From contig DASPVF010000045.1 in assembly GCA_035622475.1 (NCBI GenBank), positions 1,898-65,897 of the forward strand: a stretch of 64,000 nt of DNA, read 5' to 3'. Source of the DNA: Nitrososphaerales archaeon. Lineage in GTDB: Archaea > Thermoproteota > Nitrososphaeria > Nitrososphaerales > Gagatemarchaeaceae. The translations under genes and the position numbers were made by a program. Shown in pieces: positions 1 to 10,277 of this stretch. The notes beneath the pieces are model-generated. The model was not told where the DNA came from and searched no databases. It worked only from the letters and a program-made list of their open reading frames with translations. The first letter of the stretch is position 1; each line of letters begins with the position of its first letter.

Positions 1-120
1 GATGTCCTAGACATCAACTTCTTGGAACTCTTTGTCCTTGTGGCTGGAGTGATAATAGTCGTGACGAACTTGGCCGTAGATATCCTCTACGCCGTACTCG
101 ATCCGAGGATCAGATATTGA
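1..120 (+). CDS. ABC transporter permease, C-terminal fragment (OppB/DppB-type; 5' end outside window)
   Basis: Frame 1 is open from base 1 and reads ...LAVDILYAVLDPRIRY, then TGA at 118-120. The tail matches the C-termini of the two complete OppB-type permeases in this window (ADILYAMLDPRVQLE and VDILYGFFDPRIRY). Confidence 0.75.
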   Translation, partial: DVLDINFLELFVLVAGVIIVVTNLAVDILYAVLDPRIRY

Positions 121-1058
121 GTCACGAAACGGAACAACTTGAGAAGAACCGTGCGAAAAGTCGAAGGCAGCACTCCGACCTCCGATTTGCCCTTCACCTA
201 CTCAGGCAAAATCCGATAGTGATGGCTGGATTGGTCATCTCAGTGACAACGATAGTGCTGGCTCTTCTCTCTAATCTTCTCGTGAATGGAGCATACTGGC
301 ATCAACAGAACCTGAACCTTAGGCTATGCTGGAACAATCCTGCCTTCGGCTGGCCCGTCACAAACTTGTTCAACTGCGGAGGCTCGGTCTATCCCCTCGG
401 GACGGACGCGTATGGTAGAAGCCTCCTCCAGATGATCATACTAGCAGTTCCGATTGACCTGCAAATTGCTCTCGAAGTTGTCGCTTCGGCCGTCGTCATC
501 GGGGTCGTATTCGGTAGCCTAGCTGCTTACATGGGGGGATTGATTGATGAGATTATACTAAGGATAACGGACATCTTCTTGGCCGTCCCTTGGATACTTC
601 TAGCGATAGTTCTGATAGTTGTGCTGGGAAGATCGCTAACGACTCTCACGCTAGCCATTGTCATAACCTGGTGGCCGTGGTATGTTCGCCTGATGAGATC
701 CCAAGTGATTGGCGAGAAGGAGAAACTGTATGTCGAGAGGCTCAAAATGATGGGCGCCGGGTGGCCGAGGATACTCTTCAGGCACGTGATACCCAATTCG
801 ATATATCCGATTCTCGTACAATCCACCCTTGACATTGGTTCCGTAATACTCACTGTTTCGGCGCTGACGTTCATTGGCCTGACCCCAAACCCGCTGCTTC
901 CAGAGCTCGGGAACCTGTCCAATCAGGGGATTGAGTATTTCTTCACGGCTCCCTGGCTGATAATCTTCCCTGGTCTTACAATACTGGTAATCTCATTAGG
1001 CTTCAACCTCCTCGGCGATGGGGTAAGGGATATTTTCGATCCGCGGCTGAGAAGATGA
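117..1058 (+). CDS. ABC transporter permease (OppC/DppC-type)
   Basis: 313 aa with multiple hydrophobic spans. The C-terminal NLLGDGVRDIFDPRLR tail is shared with the other OppC-type genes here. The TTG start overlaps the upstream stop, and there is an ATGA overlap with the next gene. Confidence 0.9.
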   Translation: MSHETEQLEKNRAKSRRQHSDLRFALHLLRQNPIVMAGLVISVTTIVLALLSNLLVNGAYWHQQNLNLRLCWNNPAFGWPVTNLFNCGGSVYPLGTDAYGRSLLQMIILAVPIDLQIALEVVASAVVIGVVFGSLAAYMGGLIDEIILRITDIFLAVPWILLAIVLIVVLGRSLTTLTLAIVITWWPWYVRLMRSQVIGEKEKLYVERLKMMGAGWPRILFRHVIPNSIYPILVQSTLDIGSVILTVSALTFIGLTPNPLLPELGNLSNQGIEYFFTAPWLIIFPGLTILVISLGFNLLGDGVRDIFDPRLRR

Positions 1059-2182
1059 GCCAGTCCCACACTCAGGAAGGAGGAGACGACGTCCTAAGCA
1101 TACAGGAACTCAAATTGAAATTCCACACCTATGCTGGAGAAGTGAGTGCGCTCGACGGAATTAGACTGTCTATCAAGAAGGGTGAACTCTTCGGTCTCGT
1201 GGGCGAGAGCGGGTGTGGAAAGTCCGTCACCGCCCTAGCCATTGCCGGACTCCTACCGCCGAATGCAGAGATAACTAGTGGTGATGTCTTTCTCGATGGG
1301 AAGAACGTTCTGAAACTAAAGCCGGAGGAGATGAGGCTTGCAAGGCTGAAAGACATCGCTATGATATTTCAAGATCCTATGACCTATCTCAACCCCGTGC
1401 TCACCATCGGCAGCCAAATGGCCGAGATAACCCGAGCCCAGCCAGAACTCTTCGTGTCAACTCTGGTGAATCACAGGCTCCGACAGATTGACAGGCCGGT
1501 GGATGGCACAGTGCCCGATCCTGGACTACTGGCAGAGCGCGAGAGCCTCGCACATGCGCTCAAGTCCCAGGGCCTAGGGCGAAAAGAGCTGAACCAGTTG
1601 ACAAAGTCCTATGCAATCTCCTTACTCAAATCTGTTAGGCTCCCCGAGCCCGAGAAAGTCTACGAGATGTATCCCTTTGAATTGTCTGGGGGTATGCGCC
1701 AGAGGGTGATGATTGCGATGGCCATGATGAGAAGGCCGAAATTGCTGCTGGCAGACGAAATAACAACGGCTCTCGACGTCACAGTTCAGGCGCAGATACT
1801 TCATCTCTTGAAGGACCTTAGGAGCGAGATAAACTCCTCGGTCCTGTTGATAACTCACGACCTCGCCATTGTGGCAGAAGTCTGCGACAGGGTAGCGGTG
1901 ATGTACGCAGGCAACATTGTCGAGATAGCTGAGGTGGACGAGCTTTTCAGAAACCCGCTTCACCCCTACACGAAGGGACTGCTCGCCTCGGTGCCAAGAG
2001 CCGATCTGGCCAGGACGCCAGACTCGATAGAGGGCTCTGTGCCTGACCTTATCTCACCTCCCAGCGGCTGCCGGTTCCATCCCAGATGCCCCAAGGCCTT
2101 CGAGACATGCCCTTCGAGGAAACCCTCGATGATTGAGGTTGGTCCGAACCACTACGTATCATGCTTCCTCTATGGTGGGTAA
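1055..2182 (+). CDS. ABC transporter ATP-binding protein (OppD/DppD-type)
   Basis: Walker A GESGCGKS, signature LSGGMRQR, Walker [13 protein letters not shown], and a C-terminal HPYTKGLL plus 4-Cys tail (GCRFHPRCP...C...C). Confidence 0.92.
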   Translation: MSQSHTQEGGDDVLSIQELKLKFHTYAGEVSALDGIRLSIKKGELFGLVGESGCGKSVTALAIAGLLPPNAEITSGDVFLDGKNVLKLKPEEMRLARLKDIAMIFQDPMTYLNPVLTIGSQMAEITRAQPELFVSTLVNHRLRQIDRPVDGTVPDPGLLAERESLAHALKSQGLGRKELNQLTKSYAISLLKSVRLPEPEKVYEMYPFELSGGMRQRVMIAMAMMRRPKLLLADEITTALDVTVQAQILHLLKDLRSEINSSVLLITHDLAIVAEVCDRVAVMYAGNIVEIAEVDELFRNPLHPYTKGLLASVPRADLARTPDSIEGSVPDLISPPSGCRFHPRCPKAFETCPSRKPSMIEVGPNHYVSCFLYGG

Positions 2183-3194
2183 AATGGACGGAACAACGAT
2201 TCTCGAGACAACCGGGCTTGCCAAGTGGTACCCCGTCCGTGGGGGACACCTGTCTGGGAAAGCGTACCTGCGTGCAGTCGACGGAGTGACCCTCTCCATT
2301 CGACGAGGAGAAACTCTTGGGCTCGTCGGGGAGTCTGGGTGCGGCAAGACAACCTTTGGGAGGACGATCATGAGGTTGACCGAACCCTCCCGCGGCTCAA
2401 TAATTTTCGACGGCGAGGAGATATCAAAACTCCATGGAAGGAGTCTCAAGCGCGTCAGGAGAAAAATGCAGATGGTCTTTCAGGATCCCTACGCGTCTCT
2501 CGACCCCAGACAGAGTGTCAGGTCCACGCTCCTGGAGCCGATGCAGATTCATAAAATCACGTCCTCGAAGCCCGAGGCCGAGAGGCTTGCGGAAGACCTG
2601 ATAGAGAGGGTGGGTCTGAACCAGGACCACCTCTCCCGATTCCCTCACGAGTTCTCGGGGGGCCAGAGGCAGAGGATAACAATAGCCGCCGCCCTGGCGG
2701 TCAAGCCCACGTTCGTGGTTCTGGACGAGCCGACCTCCTCACTGGACGTGTCTGTGCAGGCTCAGATACTCAGGCTTCTGAAGAGGCTTCAGGATGAGTT
2801 TGGGCTCACTTACCTCTTCATTTCCCATAACATGGCCGTAATCAGGCAGGTGTGCGACAGGACCGCCGTAATGTACCTTGGTCGCATGGTGGAGCTCGCC
2901 GACACCAAGACTTTGTTTGAGAACCCCAAACACCCGTACACTAAGGCACTCCTCACCTCGGTTCCCACTCCGGACCCCACGAGACGGAAGGAACTCGCTG
3001 TCCTGGAGGGGGACGTACCGAGTGCCGTGGGAATTCCTCCGGACTGTCGGTTCAGGAGTCGTTGCGCCTTCGCCACCGAAAAGTGCGGGGTTTCCCCTCC
3101 CCTGGTCGAGGTGGAAAAGAACCACTGGATCGAGTGCCACTACGACATAGATTTCGATTCCCACGCTCGACGAGAACTCGGACAAGGAAGCTAG
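2172..3194 (+). CDS. ABC transporter ATP-binding protein (OppF/DppF-type)
   Basis: Walker [18 protein letters not shown], Walker [12 protein letters not shown], and KHPYTKALL plus a Cys-rich tail. The ORF-track start at 2133 lies inside the upstream gene, so ATG 2172 (or 2184) is more plausible. Confidence 0.9.
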   Translation: MVGKMDGTTILETTGLAKWYPVRGGHLSGKAYLRAVDGVTLSIRRGETLGLVGESGCGKTTFGRTIMRLTEPSRGSIIFDGEEISKLHGRSLKRVRRKMQMVFQDPYASLDPRQSVRSTLLEPMQIHKITSSKPEAERLAEDLIERVGLNQDHLSRFPHEFSGGQRQRITIAAALAVKPTFVVLDEPTSSLDVSVQAQILRLLKRLQDEFGLTYLFISHNMAVIRQVCDRTAVMYLGRMVELADTKTLFENPKHPYTKALLTSVPTPDPTRRKELAVLEGDVPSAVGIPPDCRFRSRCAFATEKCGVSPPLVEVEKNHWIECHYDIDFDSHARRELGQGS

Positions 3195-3281
3195 GATTCA
3201 CAAAGCAATCTATTCCTAGGTTAGAGCATCCTGCGACACGCTCGTCCCGTACGTGCCACGTTTCGGGATTCTGGACGTCTT

Positions 3282-4292
3282 CTACTTCCCCTTGTGGGGG
3301 AACAGGTCTAGAGAAATCATTGTGCCGACAACCCAGTTCGGTTTGTCGACTATTTCGTGGATCCTCAGATCGGCCGCCACGCTGCACAGAATGTACGCGT
3401 CTTCCCTGGTGAGCCTGTACTCTTTGCAGAGATGCCTAATCATGTGCCTGACCGACTGCTTCGCTGCATCCCATAGATCGGACGAGATTCCAGTAGTACC
3501 ATAGAATCCTCTTCTTGTCTTCTTGTCATCAGGGACGATATACTGCGGAGACGAGAGCCCAGCATTTTTGATGACATCGAATTTGACTGTCGCTTCGCCC
3601 GGGCATTCGATGGCAGTCACACAGACTTCGCCGTCCCCCTGAGCGGCATGGAGGTCCCCGAGGGAGAAAAGAGCTCCTTCCGTCCAGACCGGGAGTATCA
3701 ACCTGCTCCCCCCGGTGATATGCCTGTTGTCCATGTTCCCGCCATGGGGGCCGGGAGGCATAGTCTCGAGGTAGCCTGGCTCCCTGGGGGCAACGCCGTA
3801 AACTCCACAAAAGGGGCTAATCGGGATGCTTATTCCATTCTTGAACGGGACTCTGGTTCGGTCGCTAAGGTCCCAAATGTGTAGGTAAGGCCTCTTGAAC
3901 TCCTCAAGGAGCCCCGAGCCTGGAATTATGGCGGACCACCCCCACTTTGCGGGGGTGACCTTCAACACATCAACCACTAGGGCGTCCCCTGCCTTTGTCC
4001 CCAGGACTTCCACAGGGCCAGCCAAAGGGTAAAGCTTGTCCCAGTCTAGCTTCGATATCACATCGGCCCTGCTCTCCTCGGTAATCTGGGATGAAGTGAC
4101 TTCATTGACCTTGAAGGTCACCGTTTCCCCCGGTCTCACCTGGAGGACTGGTTTGTGATGTCTGCTCCACTTGTAGTGGAACGAGTCCAGGCCTACAATA
4201 TTCCTTCCGGGCACGTGCACTGGCGTACTGCCTAGAGTATTGAACATTTTGGGACCAGCTGGGACACCTCCCATATTCACTATGGTCTTCAC
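3282..4292 (-). CDS. acetamidase/formamidase family amidohydrolase
   Basis: 336 aa. The segments PGPHGGNMDNRHITGGSRLILPV and GDLHAAQGDGEVC resemble the FmdA/AmdA family core as I recall it. Confidence 0.8.
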   Translation of the reverse strand: MKTIVNMGGVPAGPKMFNTLGSTPVHVPGRNIVGLDSFHYKWSRHHKPVLQVRPGETVTFKVNEVTSSQITEESRADVISKLDWDKLYPLAGPVEVLGTKAGDALVVDVLKVTPAKWGWSAIIPGSGLLEEFKRPYLHIWDLSDRTRVPFKNGISIPISPFCGVYGVAPREPGYLETMPPGPHGGNMDNRHITGGSRLILPVWTEGALFSLGDLHAAQGDGEVCVTAIECPGEATVKFDVIKNAGLSSPQYIVPDDKKTRRGFYGTTGISSDLWDAAKQSVRHMIRHLCKEYRLTREDAYILCSVAADLRIHEIVDKPNWVVGTMISLDLFPHKGK

Positions 4293-4435
4293 GCAATGTG
4301 AGGTCAGGAATGGGTCGGCTCCAGGGAGAAATCATCGATTCTGCGCTTCATTGGAACGCGAGGCGTCCCGCAACGGTGAGCAACGCCCTGGGAACCATTT
4401 TAACCGTCATTCATAGCTGGACGGGCGGTTAATCC

Positions 4436-5491
4436 TTGGCTGCGCCTGAAATCTGGAAATCGAAGGGCTCTGGGTGGAAGCTACCAAAAGGGTGGACGCA
4501 AATCAGGACGATAGAATCCCATACAGGGGGAGAGCCGCTTCGACTGGTGATTGAGGGATGGCCCGAGATCCCTGGGAACACGATGCTTGCGAAACGGAGC
4601 TATGCGAAGAAGCATCACGACAACCTAAGGCGGTTGATAATGCGGGAACCAAGAGGACACTGGGACATGTACGGGGCGATTCTCACCGAGCCGGTAAACA
4701 AGGAAAGCGATTTCGGCGTTCTGTTCATGCACAACGAAGGATTTTCCACCATGTGTGGGCATGGGGTGATAGCGGTGGTCACATCGCTGCTGGACATGAA
4801 AATCGCCCGCCTGCCTGGAGGAAGGAGGACACTGCGTCTGGACACGCCTGCTGGCTTGGTCATTGCCGAGCCGCACATGGTGGGAAGAAGGGTGAAGAGC
4901 GTGGCCTTCGAGAACGTCCCGTCCTTTGTCCTGGCAAAAGATCAGTTTGTTGATGTCGAGGGACTGGGTCCAGTGAGGTACGATCTTGTCTTCGGCGGGG
5001 CTTTCTACGCATACTGCGATTCGAAAGATTTGCGGGTTGGTCTGGCACCAGGCGATTCGCGCCGCCTAGTCGATGTGGGGATGCGCGTCAAGCGAGCTGT
5101 GATCGCAACAGCGAAGATACGGCACCCGAGGGACCGTGAGTTGGGCTTCCTTTATGGGACCATCATAAGTAAGAGGATTGAAAATTCTACGTCAGACTTC
5201 AGAAACGTCTGCATCTTCGCGGACGGCCAAATAGACCGGTCACCGACTGGGACGGGCGTGAGCGGTCGGGTGGCACTGGAGCACATGCGGGGCAACCTCC
5301 CGATTGGTCGCACAATTACAGTAGAGAGCATTGTAGGATCCGTATTCAAGGGAACACCAGTGCGCGAGACCAAGGTGGGCGAGTATGACGCGGTCATCCC
5401 TAGGATCGAGGGCTCAGCGTGGACTTCAGGGCAGTGCGAGTTCTGGTTGGATCCCCACGATCAGTTCAACGAAGGCTTCCTCGTTGGATGA
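4436..5491 (+). CDS. proline racemase family protein with a Cys/Thr active-site pair (trans-3-hydroxy-L-proline dehydratase type)
   Basis: 351 aa with the motifs SHTGGEP, STMCGHG (first catalytic Cys) and DRSPTGTG (Thr where racemases/epimerases have Cys). TTG start, with a TATA-like ATTTTAACC at 4397-4405. Confidence 0.85.
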   Translation: MAAPEIWKSKGSGWKLPKGWTQIRTIESHTGGEPLRLVIEGWPEIPGNTMLAKRSYAKKHHDNLRRLIMREPRGHWDMYGAILTEPVNKESDFGVLFMHNEGFSTMCGHGVIAVVTSLLDMKIARLPGGRRTLRLDTPAGLVIAEPHMVGRRVKSVAFENVPSFVLAKDQFVDVEGLGPVRYDLVFGGAFYAYCDSKDLRVGLAPGDSRRLVDVGMRVKRAVIATAKIRHPRDRELGFLYGTIISKRIENSTSDFRNVCIFADGQIDRSPTGTGVSGRVALEHMRGNLPIGRTITVESIVGSVFKGTPVRETKVGEYDAVIPRIEGSAWTSGQCEFWLDPHDQFNEGFLVG

Positions 5492-5597
5492 GGCGGGAAT
5501 TTATCCGTCTCGCTAGCTATGGCCAACTGGAACAAACCTCCTTTTGCGGAAACAGGCTACGTTTACATAAGCTGTGGTCGGTCATTTAGTGGGACAA

Positions 5598-6704
5598 ATG
5601 GTGCGAGTTACCCAAATCACCGTTTATCGGGTCGACCTCCCGCTCCATGAGGGGGCGTACAAATGGTCGGGAGGGAACGAAGTTCGTGTTTTCGATTCTA
5701 CGGTTGTAGCAGTTTCGACTGACGCGGGGGTCACTGGATACGGCGAGGTCTGCCCGCTTGGGCCTGCCTACCTCCCCGCCTACGCCGAAGGGGCACGAGT
5801 CGGAATGGCAAAGGTGGGGCCGACTCTGATAGGTCTAGACCCAACACAGGTCGGCGTAGTTGACCGTGAAATGGACAGGGCATTGCGTGGTCATCCGTAC
5901 GTAAAATCGGCGCTTGACATGGCCTGCTGGGATATCCTTGGAAAGACAGCGAACAAGCCGATTACTACGCTGTTGGGAGGCAGATACGGAGAGGATTTTC
6001 CCCTGTACCGCGCTATCTCGCAAGAACGCCCCTCTCTTATGGCTAAGATGGTGGCCAAGTATCGGGCGGAGGGATACACGAAATTTCAGCTGAAGGTGGG
6101 GGGGATGCCCGCCGATGACGTTTCTCGGATTCAGGCGTGCAGGGCGGCCCTCCAGCCTCGGGATGTCCTGGTAGCGGATGCGAACACCGGATGGTCCCAA
6201 CACCAGGCGCTCTGGGTGGCCGACGCTGTTCGCTCAACCGACGTCTACCTCGAGCAACCGTGTCAGACGTACGAGGAATGTCTGGCCGTGAGAAGGCACA
6301 CCGACAAGCCGATGGTTCTGGACGAGATCATGGACAGCCTTTCCAACGTTTCAAGGGGGGTTCATGACCAGGCGATGGACATTGTGAACCTGAAGATTTC
6401 GAAGGTCGGCGGCCTCACCAAGGCAAGGGAGATACGCGACTATTGCGTCAGATCGGGCATCGCCCTGACCATAGAAGACACGTGGGGAGGGGATATAGTC
6501 ACCGCGGCGATTGCAGCCTTGGCCCACAGTACTCCTCCGGAATACCTGTTCTCGACAACTGATTTCAACAGCTATGTGACCACAAGCATAGCTGAGAACG
6601 CCCCTGAGCGACACCACGGGAGATTGAAGGCTCCGACAGGCCCGGGGCTTGGGATTACTCCGCGGATGGAATTGCTCGGCAAGCCGATTTTCGTCATCAA
6701 ATGA
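5598..6704 (+). CDS. mandelate racemase/muconate lactonizing enzyme family protein (enolase superfamily)
   Basis: KFQLKVGG (KxK), VADAN, YLEQP, VLDEI and NLKISKVGG match the MLE-subgroup metal and base ligands. ATG 5598 is preferred over GTG 5574 because a TATA-like GTTTACATAA sits at 5561-5570. Confidence 0.85.
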   Translation: MVRVTQITVYRVDLPLHEGAYKWSGGNEVRVFDSTVVAVSTDAGVTGYGEVCPLGPAYLPAYAEGARVGMAKVGPTLIGLDPTQVGVVDREMDRALRGHPYVKSALDMACWDILGKTANKPITTLLGGRYGEDFPLYRAISQERPSLMAKMVAKYRAEGYTKFQLKVGGMPADDVSRIQACRAALQPRDVLVADANTGWSQHQALWVADAVRSTDVYLEQPCQTYEECLAVRRHTDKPMVLDEIMDSLSNVSRGVHDQAMDIVNLKISKVGGLTKAREIRDYCVRSGIALTIEDTWGGDIVTAAIAALAHSTPPEYLFSTTDFNSYVTTSIAENAPERHHGRLKAPTGPGLGITPRMELLGKPIFVIK

Positions 6705-6851
6705 GATTCCGGCGACGGGCCTATCTATCTTGGTGGGTTCATTGCGCCCCCGCTGGGACAACTACGCATCACAGTGTGCGTGATGATGGAAGCGACCTTG
6801 TTTGTCATAGTCGTCAGGGCACGCCCCACCCATCGATAGCGTGAAGATGTC

Positions 6852-7778
6852 TTAATGCCACGTCTTCACCCTCTGACCGATTTCACTTGCTGACCTGTAC
6901 AGCCTTGAGTCGACGAGCGACTGCTCTATCATCAGGTTGACTTGTCCTCCAATGTCCCCCAAAGTCCGGAAATCGGTTCGCATGCCAAACACAGGCTTGT
7001 ACTTGGAATATCCATAGCCGCAGTCCCAGCCGGTCTCGCTGTTGCAATCGGGACCTTCAAGGAGGGCGACCACGGCATCGCATTCATCCAAGCAACGAAC
7101 CTTCTCCTTGAAGAGGGCCGGCGACACGCCCTGACGCCCCGACGCAAGACCCTCCCTGACGTCTTTCGCCCCCGGAGGAAACATGACCTCGAAGCCCAGC
7201 CCCGAGAGGTCCCTCTCGAGTTCTCTTGCGAATGCGTCTTCTGCAGCCGTGTAGTAGGGAGCGGAAAGAAACACCCTGTCTATGCTTCGAAGTCGAGCCG
7301 GAGGGTCGTAGGAAGTCGGAGCTGCTCTCGCCTGCATGAGCCTTTCTATCGCGCCGGCTGCGTGCTCTCTAAGAGCGCCAAGGTCGCCGCAGATTCGGCC
7401 CTCGAGCAGGCATTCCTTCATCATCAGGTTCAACTCGCCCCGAAGGTCCGTCCTCATGCAAACGATGGGTTTGTTTCTCGCGTAGGCGTAGCCTGTTTCC
7501 CAGGCGGTCCCTGAGCTCACCTCGCCCGCGGCGCCTTCGCCAAGCATGATTACGCCCTGCGAGATGTCGACCCCGTTCCTGTCCATGGTGAAAATCTCCT
7601 TCCGCAACTCCTCGGCTGGGACATGGGTCCGCAGCTGTTTTTCTTTCGATTCTCGCCAGGGGTTGTAGACTTCGGCACCAAGGTCGCTGATGAGCGATTC
7701 GACCTGGTCGTCCCACCATCTCCCCTGAACGGTGAATAAGCCGCCCCCGTTCAGGTAGAACTTGACCTTCGCAGGCAC
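6852..7778 (-). CDS. tandem nucleoside 2-deoxyribosyltransferase-like protein (two NDT-like domains)
   Basis: The N-terminal half has SGTAWETGYAYARNKPIV. The C-terminal half has a degenerate repeat, SETGWDCGYGYSKYKPVF. Both halves end in (E/Q)xNLM(M/I). GTG start. Confidence 0.6.
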   Translation of the reverse strand: MPAKVKFYLNGGGLFTVQGRWWDDQVESLISDLGAEVYNPWRESKEKQLRTHVPAEELRKEIFTMDRNGVDISQGVIMLGEGAAGEVSSGTAWETGYAYARNKPIVCMRTDLRGELNLMMKECLLEGRICGDLGALREHAAGAIERLMQARAAPTSYDPPARLRSIDRVFLSAPYYTAAEDAFARELERDLSGLGFEVMFPPGAKDVREGLASGRQGVSPALFKEKVRCLDECDAVVALLEGPDCNSETGWDCGYGYSKYKPVFGMRTDFRTLGDIGGQVNLMIEQSLVDSRLYRSASEIGQRVKTWH

Positions 7779-8056
7779 CGATGGTTCCGCCTCCTGAGAT
7801 TATTTCAGCGTTGTCAACTGCCAGTCTGGGTACGTAAGTGAAGGCCCGACGATGTCTGGCACTACTAAGTGTGCAAGATCACGAAACCTCGTCCCTCTAA
7901 CCCCGTGCCAGAGCCTTCCAACACGACCTCTATCCGCGCTACTGGGGGTGCTTTCGGCAACCGACGGAGATAGTTTGAGTCGGTGAGAAGAAGGCGTGAG
8001 GTCTCTGCGTCTTGAGCCGAGTAGGCTATCTAGCAGGCCGGAACCACTCTCCGGCG

Positions 8057-8662
8057 ATGCTTGTCAGACAGATAGCCGTGGGGCCGATGCAGAACTTCGT
8101 TTACCTTCTCGCCGACAAACTTGGGGGTGAGGGGCTCGTGGTCGACTCCGGGTGGGAGATCGATCCCATCGTCAGCGCTGCGGAGAAGGCCAGCGTCAGC
8201 GTCAAATTCGTCGTCGCCACACACAATCATTTCGACCACACGTCTTCGCTGAGGGAGCTGGCCGACTCTCTAGGGGCGAAGGTCGTGGCTCATGAACGCT
8301 CCTCGATTGAGCATGACATCTCGGTGGATGGAGGCGATATTCTCACGCTTGGGAAGGCGGAGGTCAAGGTCATCTACACCCCGGGGCACACCGAGGACAG
8401 CATCTGCCTCTACGACGGCGAGGACCTCTTTACAGGGGACACACTGTTCATTGGGAACTGTGGGAGGACAGACCTACCAGGTGGGTCTTCGAGGGAGCTT
8501 TTCAGGAGCCTGCACGACGTAATCCTGAGGCTTCCCCCCTCCACTATCATCTACCCCGGCCATGATTACGGCGACGTCCCCCACAGGAGTCTTGGGGAGG
8601 AGGCACAGTCAAACCCAGTCCTCTCCGCGAGGTCCTACGCCGACTTTTTCGGCGTCCCGTGA
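8057..8662 (+). CDS. MBL-fold metallo-hydrolase (glyoxalase II-like)
   Basis: The HNHFDH (HxHxDH) motif, then TPGHT and a later GHDY. ATG 8057 gives the usual short N-terminus (MLVRQIAVGPMQNFVYLL); the ORF-track TTG at 8012 is also possible. Confidence 0.85.
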   Translation: MLVRQIAVGPMQNFVYLLADKLGGEGLVVDSGWEIDPIVSAAEKASVSVKFVVATHNHFDHTSSLRELADSLGAKVVAHERSSIEHDISVDGGDILTLGKAEVKVIYTPGHTEDSICLYDGEDLFTGDTLFIGNCGRTDLPGGSSRELFRSLHDVILRLPPSTIIYPGHDYGDVPHRSLGEEAQSNPVLSARSYADFFGVP

Positions 8663-8693
8663 CAGTCTCTCAAAGCAGAGGGTCCAAGCCGGC

Positions 8694-9116
8694 TCAGTGA
8701 AGGCTTGGGGATGGACTCTGGGGGACTAGGAATTCCTTCTCCTCCCACATGTCGTAAGCGGTCGCCGACGAAGAGGCCTGGGTTATGATGGCTAGCGCGT
8801 TCCCCACGTGCAAGAAGCTCACAGCCTCAACGTAGGTCGACCCGAATGATAGGACGACACCTAACGCCAGGAAGATGCCCAATACTCCCTGGAAGATGGC
8901 AAGATACCAAGTAGTCTTCGTTATGCGCTTGATCCTGTCGGGGCAGGACGTACGGCTGACACCCCGGTATATGGTGAAAGTCAGGCCCAGAATCACAATG
9001 GCGATGACTATGTGGACGGGGAGATTCAACAGGTCGCTGAGCGGCGAGAATAGAATGAACATGATCTGAAGGAAGGCGATCCAGATCACTAGATACATGG
9101 ACTTCCAATTTTCCAT
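8694..9116 (-). CDS. small integral membrane protein, unknown function
   Basis: About 140 aa with about 4 hydrophobic helices. No recognisable motif. Confidence 0.5.
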   Translation of the reverse strand: MENWKSMYLVIWIAFLQIMFILFSPLSDLLNLPVHIVIAIVILGLTFTIYRGVSRTSCPDRIKRITKTTWYLAIFQGVLGIFLALGVVLSFGSTYVEAVSFLHVGNALAIITQASSSATAYDMWEEKEFLVPQSPSPSLH

Positions 9117-9189
9117 GGGTTGCAAACCGCGTTTTCAGAATTTAAGCATGCCACGCCTATTTTTGGTTGGCTGAGAGGGGGCGTCCTTC

Positions 9190-10143
9190 CTACTGCGCCC
9201 TAAGCTGAACTCCGAGCCGCTTTGACAGGTTGCTCAGGTCCTGAGCGACGTAGAAGAAGGCCAACCAGGCGAACTTTCCCCAACGATTCTCCCCCTCCTT
9301 CTTGACCGCCTCGATGGCCTCCCTGGCGTTGTCTGGTTCTCGGCCGAAGAATAGCCTGCCGAATATGTCCACGGACCAGGCATCAATTGGGAAACCCCCA
9401 TGGGGATTGATGATGTCCGCGGCATAGTCTCCCACACCAGGCAGCTCCATTAGTTTCTCCTTAGCCTCGCTGGGGGGCATACTCATGATCTGGTGGATGT
9501 CCGGGAACCCTCTCGCGACCATGCGAGCAGCGCCTACCAGGTACTTGGCTCGGTAGCCGAGGTTGCACCTCCTCGCGAACTCGCTGGGTTTCAGCTTCGC
9601 GATCCTCTCCGCCGCGGGTTCAACCAGAATATCCCTGCCGTCGAATTCCACCCTGGTCCCGTAGATCCTGTTTATCGAAGCCATCATTTTCGCACTCCTG
9701 TCCCACTTTGCCATCTGGAGGCAGATGCTCAGCACGACCGAGTTGAAGAGGTAGGCAGCCTGGGTATCGTGCATGCCATAGAGATCCTCGACCGTGTGCA
9801 TGAGGATGTCATCACTTCGGGCCATGTCGTAGAACTCCTTCAAGTCCTGGTCAGCGCCAATCAGCGTCCCAAGCGCCTTCTTGACGTCCGTCTTCTCGCG
9901 CCCACTGAGACGTGCCGTGGTGAAGACTGTCGTGTTTATGCTTGGTTCCTCTAACGTGCCCACCGAACGAAGCTTCAACCCGACGAGCCTCCCCTGGAGC
10001 CTTGTCGCTGTCCATAGGGTACCGTCCTCATAGACCTCGTGCGCGTTGAAGAGACTCCAGCCCGCGGGTTTCTTCACTGTGAGTTCAAAGTTGAATGGAG
10101 GAAGTGGCGTGATGACAATCCTGGACCTGTGCTCGAGTTCCAT
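9190..10143 (-). CDS. HhH-GPD family DNA glycosylase (AlkA-like)
   Basis: Helix-hairpin-helix LMELPGVGDYAADII followed by GFPIDAWSV (Asp). An N-terminal beta-rich AlkA_N-like region is also present. Confidence 0.75.
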   Translation of the reverse strand: MELEHRSRIVITPLPPFNFELTVKKPAGWSLFNAHEVYEDGTLWTATRLQGRLVGLKLRSVGTLEEPSINTTVFTTARLSGREKTDVKKALGTLIGADQDLKEFYDMARSDDILMHTVEDLYGMHDTQAAYLFNSVVLSICLQMAKWDRSAKMMASINRIYGTRVEFDGRDILVEPAAERIAKLKPSEFARRCNLGYRAKYLVGAARMVARGFPDIHQIMSMPPSEAKEKLMELPGVGDYAADIINPHGGFPIDAWSVDIFGRLFFGREPDNAREAIEAVKKEGENRWGKFAWLAFFYVAQDLSNLSKRLGVQLRAQ

Positions 10144-10277
10144 TTCTGTGTCTGCGGTTAGGAGCCCCTAGGGATGTTACCTAAGGCTTGTTCTGCACCA
10201 CGGACGAACTGCAACCCAGCCCAGCCGGTAGAGAACTTTGTCAGCCTTCTTGGGAGTGCCTAATTTTCGTCTCGCTA

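Noticed and set aside
6775-6825. GTGATGA box in the convergent intergenic region as a possible C/D sRNA
   Set aside because: No CTGA D or D' boxes occur in the correct orientation or spacing.
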